A stretch of 52,005 nt of DNA from assembly GCA_033721795.1 (NCBI GenBank), contig JAWWAG010000001.1, positions 1-52,005 of the forward strand, written 5' to 3'. Both the position numbers and the translations under genes were made by a program. The DNA comes from Methylophaga sp. (GTDB lineage: Bacteria > Pseudomonadota > Gammaproteobacteria > Nitrosococcales > Methylophagaceae). This document shows, one piece after another, positions 18,485 through 27,282 of this stretch; position 1 is the stretch's first letter, and each line of letters starts with the position of its first letter. The notes beneath the pieces are model-generated. The model did not search any database and was not told the origin of the DNA. It was given only the letters and a program-made list of their open reading frames with translations.

Positions 18485-20008
18485 TCAGGCGGCAAAAACC
18501 ACGGCATTTTTGCCCGATTGCTTAACGCTATACATCGCCTTATCTGCAGCGCGCAGTAATGTTTCGATATCACGACCATCTTCGGGATAGCAGGCAATAC
18601 CAATGCTGGCACCAATCTGACACGCACAGCCTTCGATGATAATTTTTTGCGATAAAGCGCGGATGATTTTATTGGCTACCAGCCTGATATGTGACTGTTC
18701 AGGCATGTTTTCCAGCAGCACCACAAATTCATCGCCACCAATCCGAAATACTGCGTCATCAGCACGCAGGTTACTGGCCATTCGCTTGGCAACTTCCAAT
18801 AATAAAGCGTCACCAATATGATGACCGTAGTCATCGTTGACGGCTTTAAAATCATCCAAATCAACAAACATTATTGCTACGCTCTGTTTTAAATGGTCTG
18901 CCTCATTAAGCGTCTGTTCGGCACGCAAATTAAATTGTGAGCGATTCGGCAAGCATGTCAGGTTATCGGTATGGGCAAGTTTAGTCAGGGCATTTTCCAG
19001 CTGTTTGCGCTCCGAAATATCGCGAATATCGGCACTTAACTCACTGCTACGTCCATCTTCACTACGGGTAATTTGCATCAACATTTCTGCATCAATTAAT
19101 TGCCCGTCGGCACTGGTCAGCTGTACTTCACAACGCGAATACGGAAGCGGTTTATAACGTTTGATGAGCAGCAACAGATGGGCGACTCGCTCCGCCGACT
19201 TATCACTGAATAAACGGCTGAAAGGCTGGCCGAAATAATATGCTTCGTCATGCTGCAATAAATGTTTTACCGAGGCGCTTATGAAGGTAATTTTGCCATT
19301 ACCAGCATCGATGCCGAGCACAATATCTGAGCTTTTTTCCATCAATTTACTGAAATAATTTTCGCGGCGAATTAAGCGCTGAACCGCAAAAGCAAACGAC
19401 AGTAAAATCATAATCACGACTATAGTCTGTAAGCCCCGCAGCAAATAGGTGCGTTGCTTTGCTTGAGACTCCAGTTGATTGGTCAGCGTGTTCATCAGCG
19501 CCAGTAATTGTAAATTTCCGCTTGCCAGACGCTCCAACAACCGTTCAATAACTGCAGGATGCTCATTAATCAGTAATAAATCATCGCGCAATGGTTGCCA
19601 CAGGCTAATAGCTGCCGCTAAAGTCTGGCGTATTGCCGTTTGCTGCTGAGCTTCAATTTCAATCAGATTATTGTCAGCAGTTTCAGTCAAGCCTCCTGCA
19701 TAAAATGCATTCAGTGTCTTATCAAATAACGCGACCGCCTGTTTCAGCTCCTGATAAGCGCCCTGACGGTCAGTAATGCCGTTTTGCTGTTGGTAATCAA
19801 TCAGCAACACGGCCTTGGTCATTTTCTGTGACAACATACGCTGACGGCCAGCAATATTGATATGAACCGACGAGGCTTCAAGCTGCGCAGAAATCACATA
19901 ATTAACGCCCAGCAAGGTGATATCCAGCAGCAGTACCAGTCCAAGCGGCAGTATAAAGTGCCGGTACTTCCTTAAAATTTCCTGCAGCCGGTCATTCACC
20001 GTGGTCAT
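18485..20008 (-). CDS. Diguanylate cyclase with NarX/PilJ-type periplasmic sensor, PAS and GGDEF
   Basis: TM, then P-box-like INIAGRQRMLSQKM, TM, PAS (DISERK), RxxD and RIGGDEF. Confidence 0.88.
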   Translation of the reverse strand: MTTVNDRLQEILRKYRHFILPLGLVLLLDITLLGVNYVISAQLEASSVHINIAGRQRMLSQKMTKAVLLIDYQQQNGITDRQGAYQELKQAVALFDKTLNAFYAGGLTETADNNLIEIEAQQQTAIRQTLAAAISLWQPLRDDLLLINEHPAVIERLLERLASGNLQLLALMNTLTNQLESQAKQRTYLLRGLQTIVVIMILLSFAFAVQRLIRRENYFSKLMEKSSDIVLGIDAGNGKITFISASVKHLLQHDEAYYFGQPFSRLFSDKSAERVAHLLLLIKRYKPLPYSRCEVQLTSADGQLIDAEMLMQITRSEDGRSSELSADIRDISERKQLENALTKLAHTDNLTCLPNRSQFNLRAEQTLNEADHLKQSVAIMFVDLDDFKAVNDDYGHHIGDALLLEVAKRMASNLRADDAVFRIGGDEFVVLLENMPEQSHIRLVANKIIRALSQKIIIEGCACQIGASIGIACYPEDGRDIETLLRAADKAMYSVKQSGKNAVVFAA

Positions 20009-20021
20009 ACCTTCCTTGGGC

Positions 20022-21293
20022 CTAACGGTGGTCGTCCTGCCAGTCTAAATCACAGCAAAAGACAAATAATTTGTCATCCATGACGACGGTCTGTGAGACG
20101 GTGATACACATTCGTGAGTCTGCGACTGATAAATATGGCCGGCTGATTTGCATTTGCCCGGGATGTTCGACGGCACGAAAATGATAATGTTTGTGAGACC
20201 AGTTGGCATTGTCACCGGATAATAACGGCGTAAAGCGCTGATCCATTTGCTGCTGGTAATGCGGTGAGTAGACATTACGTGCCATCTGATAACCGGCTTC
20301 ATCGAGCAAAAAGCAGCGCACCACGCGGCGATCCTGAAATAACAGATAGCTGCTGATATCAAAAGCATTGCTGATGGCAAAATGATTGATCGCTTGCCGG
20401 AAGAGGGTTTCGATTTTTTTGAAATTCTGGTTATAACGGTGCGTGTTTTTAAAACGTTGTGATTGTTGATGTTTTAACAACTTATCAATTTTGTCGACAA
20501 AAATGTTTTCCAGTTGGATCGCCGGCTGCGGTTTGGCAAAATAATAACCCTGCACCATATCGGCATTGGCAGCGATGGACACCAGTGCTTCCCGCTCGGT
20601 TTCGACCCCTTCAATCACCACCAGACTGCCCGCTTCATGAATCAGAGAAACTATACCGTTCAGGATCCGCTCTACCCGACTGGATTGGCCTGCACCATAA
20701 ATCAAACTGCGATCAATTTTGACGATATCCGGTGCCACTTCCCAAATTCGATCAAAATTGGAGTGGCCTGCACCAAAATCGTCTATTGCAATCAGACAAC
20801 CTAACTGCCGGAAGTGACTTATCAACGCTTTGAGATATTGCCGATCCTGAATTTCACTTTCCAGAATCTCAATGACAATCCGATGTGCTGGCAAGCCCGT
20901 CTGACTGAACAACGCCTGCATAAAACCGGCATCAGGGCGTTGTTCAACCAGGCACTGAGAGTTGAGATTGAGAAACAACCAGGCTTCACCGTTCGGCTGT
21001 CGGCTGAAATTATGCATATGCAATCGCCGGCACAACCTGTCCAGTGATAATTTATCCTGGCTGCTGTCAGGCATTGCCAACAATTCAATGGGTGACAGGC
21101 TTACGCCTTGCTGATTCTGACTGCGGATAAGACCTTCAAACCCGACCGGCCGGCGATGTGAAATACTGAAAATAGGCTGAAAATGGCTGGTCAGCTTTAA
21201 CTGTCGGTAATCAGCGGAAACGTTCAAATTTTTTGGCTCTGCAGGCAATTGTTTCGACACGGCAAATCGCATTTCTTGGAGATTATTTAACAT
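20022..21293 (-). CDS. EAL phosphodiesterase with C-terminal YkuI-like domain
   Basis: FQPI, EGL, FLNL, EILE, DDFGAGHS, KID, EGVE, QGY; C-terminal NWS...ISRPYLS. Confidence 0.85.
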   Translation of the reverse strand: MLNNLQEMRFAVSKQLPAEPKNLNVSADYRQLKLTSHFQPIFSISHRRPVGFEGLIRSQNQQGVSLSPIELLAMPDSSQDKLSLDRLCRRLHMHNFSRQPNGEAWLFLNLNSQCLVEQRPDAGFMQALFSQTGLPAHRIVIEILESEIQDRQYLKALISHFRQLGCLIAIDDFGAGHSNFDRIWEVAPDIVKIDRSLIYGAGQSSRVERILNGIVSLIHEAGSLVVIEGVETEREALVSIAANADMVQGYYFAKPQPAIQLENIFVDKIDKLLKHQQSQRFKNTHRYNQNFKKIETLFRQAINHFAISNAFDISSYLLFQDRRVVRCFLLDEAGYQMARNVYSPHYQQQMDQRFTPLLSGDNANWSHKHYHFRAVEHPGQMQISRPYLSVADSRMCITVSQTVVMDDKLFVFCCDLDWQDDHR

Positions 21294-21410
21294 TATTCAA
21301 TTTCCGGGCCATTATTAATTGCGTACAACATTGATGCGTTCTGAAAACGTATTATTTGCATCTCTCAAAGCGAAAAATCAGTGGTCTGCCTGCTACCAAA
21401 TATATTCAGT

Positions 21411-22208
21411 TTATGCTGCGTCAAGTTTGTATTTCTGATGCAGAAAATGAATAACCGCTGCCCGGTAATGGTTGTAATCGGCATCGTCTGCCAATGCAAG
21501 CCGAGCGCGGGGTCGGGGTAAATTGACCGCCAGCACTTCACCAATTGTCGCTGCCGGCCCGTTGGTCATCATGACTATTTTATCTGAGAGCAACACCGCT
21601 TCATCAACATCATGCGTCACCATGATCACCGTATTATTCAGCGATGCCTGAATTTCCATCAGCGAATCCTGCAAATGTGCCCTTGTCAGTGCATCCAATG
21701 CACCAAAAGGTTCATCCATCAGCAATACTTTGGGTTCCATGGCCAGTGCCCTTGCAATCCCAATACGCTGTTTCATGCCGCCGGAGATTTCCGCCGGCAG
21801 TTTGTCTTTGGCGTGGGTCATCTTGACCAGTTCTAAATTGTGTAGCGTCCAGTCACGGATTTCGCTGCTACTGCGGCTTTTGCCAAAGACTGACTTCACG
21901 GCAATTTCGACATTCTGATAACAGGTTAGCCACGGAAATAAGGCATGATTCTGAAACACAATTGCCCGATCCGGTCCCGGCTCATTAACTTCTTTACCCT
22001 GCAATACCACACCACCTTCTGTGGCCTGATACAAACCGCCAACAATATTCATTACCGTCGATTTACCACAACCGGAATGGCCGATAATGCTGACAAATTC
22101 GCCTTTATCAATTTTCAGATTGATCTTATCCAGTGCCCGGAACGGGCCGTTTGCCGTCGGGAAATCAATACTCACGTGATCCAATTGTAAATAACTTTCC
22201 ATCATCAT
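21411..22208 (-). CDS. nasD: Nitrate ABC transporter ATP-binding protein (NrtD/NasD)
   Basis: GHSGCGKS Walker A, ISGGMKQR, DEPFGALDALTR, MMTNGP. Confidence 0.9.
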   Translation of the reverse strand: MMMESYLQLDHVSIDFPTANGPFRALDKINLKIDKGEFVSIIGHSGCGKSTVMNIVGGLYQATEGGVVLQGKEVNEPGPDRAIVFQNHALFPWLTCYQNVEIAVKSVFGKSRSSSEIRDWTLHNLELVKMTHAKDKLPAEISGGMKQRIGIARALAMEPKVLLMDEPFGALDALTRAHLQDSLMEIQASLNNTVIMVTHDVDEAVLLSDKIVMMTNGPAATIGEVLAVNLPRPRARLALADDADYNHYRAAVIHFLHQKYKLDAA

Positions 22209-22211
22209 CTC

Positions 22212-23234
22212 CTAGCGAATCACCGCATTTTTATCGTAAGAAAACAGCTTTTGCAGTGTTAGCATCAGCCGATCCAACACAAAGCCCAACAAACCAATGG
22301 TTATGACCGCCACCATAATCCGGCTTAACGAATCGGAGCTGCCATTTTGAAACTGATCCCAGACAAACTTACCAAGTCCCGGATTTTGTGCCAGCATTTC
22401 GGCAGCGATCAGCACCATCCAGCCAATGCCCAGTGAAATTCGCAGACCGGTAAAAATCATCGGAATTGATGACGGGATAACAATTTTCCAGACGGTGGTC
22501 AGGTAACTGAGCTGCAATACCTTGCCGACATTAATCAGATCTCGATCAATGCTCGACACGCCCACCGCCGTATTGATCAGTGTCGGCCACAAAGAACACA
22601 ACATGACGGTGATAGCAGAAGTGATAAAGGATTTTTCAAACATTGGATCGCTGGACACATAGACGGCGCTGACCACCATCGTGACAATGGGCAGCCAGGC
22701 CAGGGGTGATACCGGTTTAAAGATCTGTATCAGTGGGTTAAGCGCTGCATATAAATGATTGCTAAGGCCACTGACAATACCAATGGGTACGGCAATCACT
22801 GTCGCCAGTAAAAAACCGACAAACACAGTAAACAGACTGGTCCAGATTTGATCGACAAAAGTCGGCCTGCCGGTAAAATCCCGAATCTTAACCTCGGCAT
22901 CGGGATTCTCGGCCAGCATTTCAGCATTACGTTGTTCCTGACGCTGATAGAAAGCGGTTGCCCGAGCCCGTTCAGCATGATGTTCATCAAGCAAATTACC
23001 GCTTTGCTGCCACACCTGTACCGGTCCCGGTAACTGACCTAAGCTGGTTTCCACCTTGGCGGCACCGACATGCCAGAAAAACAGGAAAGCCAGCATCGCC
23101 AGCATTGGCAGCCCGATAAGCATCGCCAATTGTTGTAACTGCCTTGTGGGCGATTCCCCGCCGGCCAAACGTACCAGCGGGATAAACCAGGTCAGACCAG
23201 CGGTCTCAAATAAATAAATAAATCTGTCTTTCAT
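22212..23234 (-). CDS. nasE: Nitrate ABC transporter permease (NrtB/NasE)
   Basis: KPVSPLAWLP, LWPTLINTA, GWMVLIAAEM. Confidence 0.9.
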   Translation of the reverse strand: MKDRFIYLFETAGLTWFIPLVRLAGGESPTRQLQQLAMLIGLPMLAMLAFLFFWHVGAAKVETSLGQLPGPVQVWQQSGNLLDEHHAERARATAFYQRQEQRNAEMLAENPDAEVKIRDFTGRPTFVDQIWTSLFTVFVGFLLATVIAVPIGIVSGLSNHLYAALNPLIQIFKPVSPLAWLPIVTMVVSAVYVSSDPMFEKSFITSAITVMLCSLWPTLINTAVGVSSIDRDLINVGKVLQLSYLTTVWKIVIPSSIPMIFTGLRISLGIGWMVLIAAEMLAQNPGLGKFVWDQFQNGSSDSLSRIMVAVITIGLLGFVLDRLMLTLQKLFSYDKNAVIR

Positions 23235-23257
23235 AAACTGCCTACGCCCTCGTTGGC

Positions 23258-24652
23258 TTATTCAATAACCGCATCGCCTTTCAGACCAATCTCAAATTGG
23301 TCGAGATAGGCATTAGGCTGCTGGCCGTCATAAACGACACCATCGATAAACGTATCCTGCGGCGCTTTAAAGCCACTTTCGCTGGCAAAATCGGGAAAGT
23401 CTTCGGCTGACAGTTTGCCCTCGGCAATCAATTCTTTAGCCGCGACAGCATAGATATCCGGGCGATAAACTTTTTTAGCCATATCTTTGTACCAGCCGTC
23501 TGGCTTGGCATCTGTGATCTGTCCCCAACGGCGCATCTGGGTTAAATACCAAATCGCATCGCTGTAATAGGGATAAGTCGCGTTGTAACGGAAAAACACA
23601 TTGAAATCGGGTACTTCACGGACATCACCTTTTTCATACTCAAATGTGCCGGTCATGCTGTTGGCAATGACTTTGGCATCGGCACCAACATAATATGGCT
23701 GCGCTAAAATATTGACCGCCTCAGTACGATTGGCATTGTTGTCAGCGTCCAGCCAATGTGCCGCACGGATCAACGCTTTAACCAGCGCAATGTGGGTATT
23801 GGGATGTTGTTCAGCCCACTCGGCGCTGACACCAAATACTTTTTCCGGGTTGTTTTGCCAGATTTCGTAATCAGTGATGACCGGCACACCAATCCCTTTA
23901 AATACTGCTTGTTGATTCCAAGGTTCACCAACGCAGTAACCATCAATGGTGCCGGCTTCCATCGTCGCTGGCATTTGTGGTGGCGGCGTCACTGACAATA
24001 ACGCTTCTGCCTGGATCTGACCGCTGGTATCACCTTTATGCGGGGCGTAATAGCCTGGGTGAATACCACCGGCCGCTAGCCAGTAACGCAGTTCATAGTT
24101 GTGAGTCGATACCGGAAATACCATGCCCATCCGGAAAGGTTTGCCTTCATCTTTATAGCTTTCAATAACTGGCTTCAAAGCACTGGCGGAAATCGGATGC
24201 ACTGGTTTACCATCTTCTGCCGTCGGAATATTCGGCTTCATGGCCTCCCAAACCGAATTGGAAACGGTAATACCGTTACCGTTTAAATCCATACTAAAGG
24301 CTGTGATGATATCGGCTTCAGTACCATAGCCGATGGTGGCGCCCAATGGTTGACCGGCCAGCATATGGGCACCGTCTAATTGACCATTTATGACGCCATC
24401 TAGCAGAACTTTCCAATTAGCCTGGGCTTCAAGGGTGACATAGAGGCCTTCATCTTCGAAAAAGCGTTTTTCGTAGGCAATGGCCAGCGGTGCCATATCC
24501 GTTAACTTAATAAAGCCAAGTGTTAATTCTTCTTTTTCAAGCTGTCCGGGCGCCGCCTGAACCGTCATATTAAACAGCGCTGAGCCGATTAATAAACAAG
24601 CCGACAATACCAGGGGCTCTGCTGTGCGCAGCACTTTCCGTGTTTTCAACAT
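23258..24652 (-). CDS. nasF: Nitrate ABC transporter substrate-binding protein (NrtA/NasF)
   Basis: [32 protein letters not shown]; signal peptide; ATG at 24652 follows GGAG. Confidence 0.9.
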   Translation of the reverse strand: MLKTRKVLRTAEPLVLSACLLIGSALFNMTVQAAPGQLEKEELTLGFIKLTDMAPLAIAYEKRFFEDEGLYVTLEAQANWKVLLDGVINGQLDGAHMLAGQPLGATIGYGTEADIITAFSMDLNGNGITVSNSVWEAMKPNIPTAEDGKPVHPISASALKPVIESYKDEGKPFRMGMVFPVSTHNYELRYWLAAGGIHPGYYAPHKGDTSGQIQAEALLSVTPPPQMPATMEAGTIDGYCVGEPWNQQAVFKGIGVPVITDYEIWQNNPEKVFGVSAEWAEQHPNTHIALVKALIRAAHWLDADNNANRTEAVNILAQPYYVGADAKVIANSMTGTFEYEKGDVREVPDFNVFFRYNATYPYYSDAIWYLTQMRRWGQITDAKPDGWYKDMAKKVYRPDIYAVAAKELIAEGKLSAEDFPDFASESGFKAPQDTFIDGVVYDGQQPNAYLDQFEIGLKGDAVIE

Positions 24653-24678
24653 ATCAATCTCCAACCGTTAAATAACTT

Positions 24679-24719
24679 GATGCCGCCATGGCACCGGCAA
24701 TACTCAATCCGTCATTGGA
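24679..24719 (-). promoter_or_regulatory. Putative ANTAR-target RNA leader of nasFED
   Basis: Minus strand TCC-AATGAC-GGA (A1/G4 hexaloop) followed by the GGTGCC-ATGGC-GGCATC hairpin. Confidence 0.5.
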
Positions 24720-24734
24720 GTGATACACAGCATT

Positions 24735-24870
24735 TGCAGAAAACATGCCATTCATAAACTTATTTAAAAGCACTTTAAAAACAAAAGGTTAAATATCTAT
24801 TGGGTTTTTTTACAGCGCGTGTTGCTTTGCATTGGATCAGTGAAATCTATGCTAGCACCATTGCAGTGCG
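24735..24870 (-). promoter_or_regulatory. Sigma54 promoter with NtrC sites (nasFED)
   Basis: TGGCATGTTTTCTGCA (24735-24750); AT-rich IHF-like spacer; NtrC-like AGCACCATTGCAGTGCG (24854-24870) and a weaker site at 24828-24844. Confidence 0.8.
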
Positions 24871-24878
24871 GTTTTTTC

Positions 24879-25523
24879 TCAGCGGGCTGATTCCAGCAGA
24901 CTGGCAGTCGATAAGACCTGCTGTGCCAGCATCGCCAAACGCATATTTTTATTCATCGCTGTAGTGCGCAGCAGTTTATATGCTTCATCTTCACTGCATT
25001 GACGTTGTTGCATCAACAAGCCTTTAGCACGATCAATGACTTTTCGCTCAGCCAGCTTGGTTTCCAGTTCATGTAACTGTTGTTGCATCTGCTGTTGATG
25101 ATCAAAGCGGCTCTGCGCCATCGATACAACTGGCAGTACCCGGTGCGGCTGCAAACCATCAACTACAAAGGCACTGACGCCTGCATGAATCGCCGTTTGC
25201 TGTAATAACGCATCGTATTCACCGGTAAAGATCACCACCGGCATAGGCTGTTGTTTCAGCAGGGTACTAATCAGGCTCAGTAGATTATCATCCAGCTTTT
25301 GACTGGCAATAATCAGCATGACCGGCTTATCAAGTACTTCTGCTGCGGCTACCTGTGCCAGACTGACTGCCCGATGGCTGACAGCATAAGGTGATTTATA
25401 CAAGGCATTATCAATCAGTGCAGCCATCTGCTTATCATCACAAATCAAAATAGTCCGGCGGGCGCCGGTGGCTTGGGATTGAGTAGCCATAGCAGGTCTT
25501 AACAAACTCGTTTTCGTTAACAA
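24879..25523 (-). CDS. nasT: ANTAR antiterminator with pseudo-receiver domain (start TTG 25523 or ATG 25490)
   Basis: ERKVIDRAKGLLM...EDEAYKLLR ANTAR motif; AGVSAFVVDG; receiver lacks the phospho-acceptor Asp; nitrate cluster context. Confidence 0.88.
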   Translation of the reverse strand: MLTKTSLLRPAMATQSQATGARRTILICDDKQMAALIDNALYKSPYAVSHRAVSLAQVAAAEVLDKPVMLIIASQKLDDNLLSLISTLLKQQPMPVVIFTGEYDALLQQTAIHAGVSAFVVDGLQPHRVLPVVSMAQSRFDHQQQMQQQLHELETKLAERKVIDRAKGLLMQQRQCSEDEAYKLLRTTAMNKNMRLAMLAQQVLSTASLLESAR

Positions 25524-25524
25524 A

Positions 25525-25638
25525 TCACTGCCAGCTAATCAAAAAGCCGGCAGCCAGTCCCAGTGGCGAAATCACGACCATAAAAGTCAGTTTGATAAGT
25601 TCGCGTAACAGGTAAAGACAATCGATGATAAATCCCAT
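25525..25638 (-). CDS. Unannotated 37-aa hydrophobic peptide MGFIIDCLYLLRELIKLTFMVVISPLGLAAGFLISWQ
   Basis: Hand-translated; AGGAGG 7 nt upstream; first ORF after a sigma54 promoter; stop is 1 nt before the nasT TTG. Confidence 0.6.
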   Translation of the reverse strand: MGFIIDCLYLLRELIKLTFMVVISPLGLAAGFLISWQ

Positions 25639-25673
25639 GATGCAGCCTCCTGATTGGGTGACAACGTGAAATT

Positions 25674-25788
25674 TGCATAAGCCATGCCAGATATATTTTA
25701 TATACTTATCAAAGACCTATAAATTTATTGGCTGTCCACTCATATCAAAATCGGTGCAACTGGAAGTTGGCTGCGCACAATTGGTGCA
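25674..25788 (-). promoter_or_regulatory. Sigma54 promoter with NtrC site (small ORF-nasT)
   Basis: CTGGCATGGCTTATGCA (25674-25690); IHF-like site at 25707-25719; NtrC-like TGCGCACAATTGGTGCA (25772-25788). Confidence 0.8.
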
Positions 25789-25798
25789 GCCAGATAGT

Positions 25799-25823
25799 AA
25801 AAAGCCGGGCCTGCGCCCGGCTT
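25799..25823 (-). terminator. Intrinsic terminator after the porin gene
   Basis: Minus strand AAGCCGGGC-GCAG-GCCCGGCTTTTT. Confidence 0.85.
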
Positions 25824-25840
25824 ATCTCGCTTGAATCTGT

Positions 25841-27085
25841 TTAGAATTTAACCATGCCATATAACCAGAATTTTTCAGTATCGACCAGCGATGCAAATTC
25901 TTCATCGGCGTTGTAGTCAGCGTATTTAATGCCCAGCGTGTAATGCTTGGCAAAGTTTTTTTCCAGCATGATATCCAACTCATCACCGGCATCAAGGCTG
26001 TTCAAATCGGTCTCAAAATCATGGTAAGAAACCACCAGTTTGGCACCGAAAACATCCCCCACCAGCGTCAGATAATTATCCTGAATACCTTTCGCCGGTG
26101 TATTTAAAAACTGATCTGCCCACCCCTGAAACGCATGATTGGTCCCCAGCGGTGTTTTAAAGCTGAATGTGCCATCGCCTTCCAACACTTCATGACTGAA
26201 TTTCAATAACCAGCCTTTGTATTTACCCCCGAGTTCAACCAGATAATAGTCCTGGCGATCCATTACACCGCTTTTATAGTCATCCTGGCTGGCATACTCG
26301 GCGGTATACACCGCACTGAAAGCATCGGATAAAGGCTGCGCACCGCTAAGTCTGATACCCAGCGTTTTAGAGGACGTTGGCTCAGCATCCTGATAATCGA
26401 GGAAGTAACCATAGGTTTCCAACTTTCCGATTGGCAGCCCGCTGTATTGCAGATTGACCAGATGGCCATTCAAATCAATATTGCCGTTTTTGATAATGCC
26501 GTTATCCGCATCTTCACCAAAAATAGTATTGACTTTATTGATATGGGCATAACTTAATTGCGTATCCGGCAACCCGGTATGCTGAATAGAAAATGCATCA
26601 AAAGTTTGATGATTTTGTCGCCATAAGACATTACCGATAAAACGGTGAAACGGTGCATCCCGATAAGTGATCTGCTGCCGGCCAAACTTCAGCATCGAAT
26701 CAAAGCCCTGATAACTTAAATAGGCCTGGTTAACCTCGGTACCTTCCGGATCGGCAACCACCGAGTACATGGTTTCACCATTGGTGGTGCTGTTGTAGTT
26801 TTCGCCGCCCAACGCTGTGACATCCTCAAGCTCCAGAAAACCGCCAAAACCATGAAACCGACCGGTTTCATAACCGAGTGTCGTCCGTAAGGTAAAAGCA
26901 TCAGCATCTTTCAGCGCGTTATCCTGCTCGACTGATTCATAACGGGCGCGCGCCGAGAAACTGACTTTGCCAGATTTCATCGCTTCGATGAAGCTGTCAT
27001 CTGCTGCTACCTGCGGCACTACCAATGCACTGCTCAACATCATGGACAGCAGGCTCAACGCAAACGGTCGGTTATATTTTTTCAT
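25841..27085 (-). CDS. Alginate-export (AlgE-like) family outer-membrane beta-barrel, probable nitrate/nitrite porin
   Basis: Signal peptide from MKKYN (ATG 27085, AAGGA RBS); RFIGNVLWRQNHQTFDA, TPLGTNHAFQGWAD; terminal Phe. Confidence 0.8.
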   Translation of the reverse strand: MKKYNRPFALSLLSMMLSSALVVPQVAADDSFIEAMKSGKVSFSARARYESVEQDNALKDADAFTLRTTLGYETGRFHGFGGFLELEDVTALGGENYNSTTNGETMYSVVADPEGTEVNQAYLSYQGFDSMLKFGRQQITYRDAPFHRFIGNVLWRQNHQTFDAFSIQHTGLPDTQLSYAHINKVNTIFGEDADNGIIKNGNIDLNGHLVNLQYSGLPIGKLETYGYFLDYQDAEPTSSKTLGIRLSGAQPLSDAFSAVYTAEYASQDDYKSGVMDRQDYYLVELGGKYKGWLLKFSHEVLEGDGTFSFKTPLGTNHAFQGWADQFLNTPAKGIQDNYLTLVGDVFGAKLVVSYHDFETDLNSLDAGDELDIMLEKNFAKHYTLGIKYADYNADEEFASLVDTEKFWLYGMVKF

Positions 27086-27100
27086 TCTGATTCCTTTAAC

Positions 27101-27138
27101 AACAAAAAGCCATGCACCGCAATTACGGAAACATGGCT
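27101..27138 (-). terminator. Leader (attenuator) terminator upstream of the porin gene
   Basis: Minus strand AGCCATG...CCG-TAATTG-CGG...CATGGCT then TTTTGTT, between the promoter and the RBS. Confidence 0.7.
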
Positions 27139-27153
27139 GCAATACCAGGGCTG

Positions 27154-27173
27154 ACACTGCGACGTTACAGTGC
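27154..27173 (-). promoter_or_regulatory. ANTAR-type hairpin
   Basis: GCACTGT-AACGTC-GCAGTGT: 7-bp stem including G-U pairs, with an A1/G4 hexaloop. Confidence 0.65.
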
Positions 27174-27196
27174 ACAAATTAATCAGATTTTAAATG

Positions 27197-27282
27197 AGCA
27201 AAATATATGCCTATTTTCAAGATGTTGATTTTCATAATAATTAACCAGGCTCCTTCTGCCAGATTGGCACCGTGGTGGTGCT
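27197..27282 (-). promoter_or_regulatory. Sigma54 promoter with IHF and NtrC sites (porin)
   Basis: TAGGCATATATTTTGCT (27197-27213); IHF AATCAA-N4-TTG (27218-27230); NtrC-like GGCACCGTGGTGGTGCT (27266-27282). Confidence 0.78.

Noticed and set aside
23258-24652. nasS nitrate sensor call
   Set aside because: Has an export signal and heads the permease/ATPase operon, so it is the NrtA/NasF binding protein
25841-27085. Alginate biosynthesis locus
   Set aside because: Only the barrel family matches; there are no alg genes and the regulation is nitrogen-type
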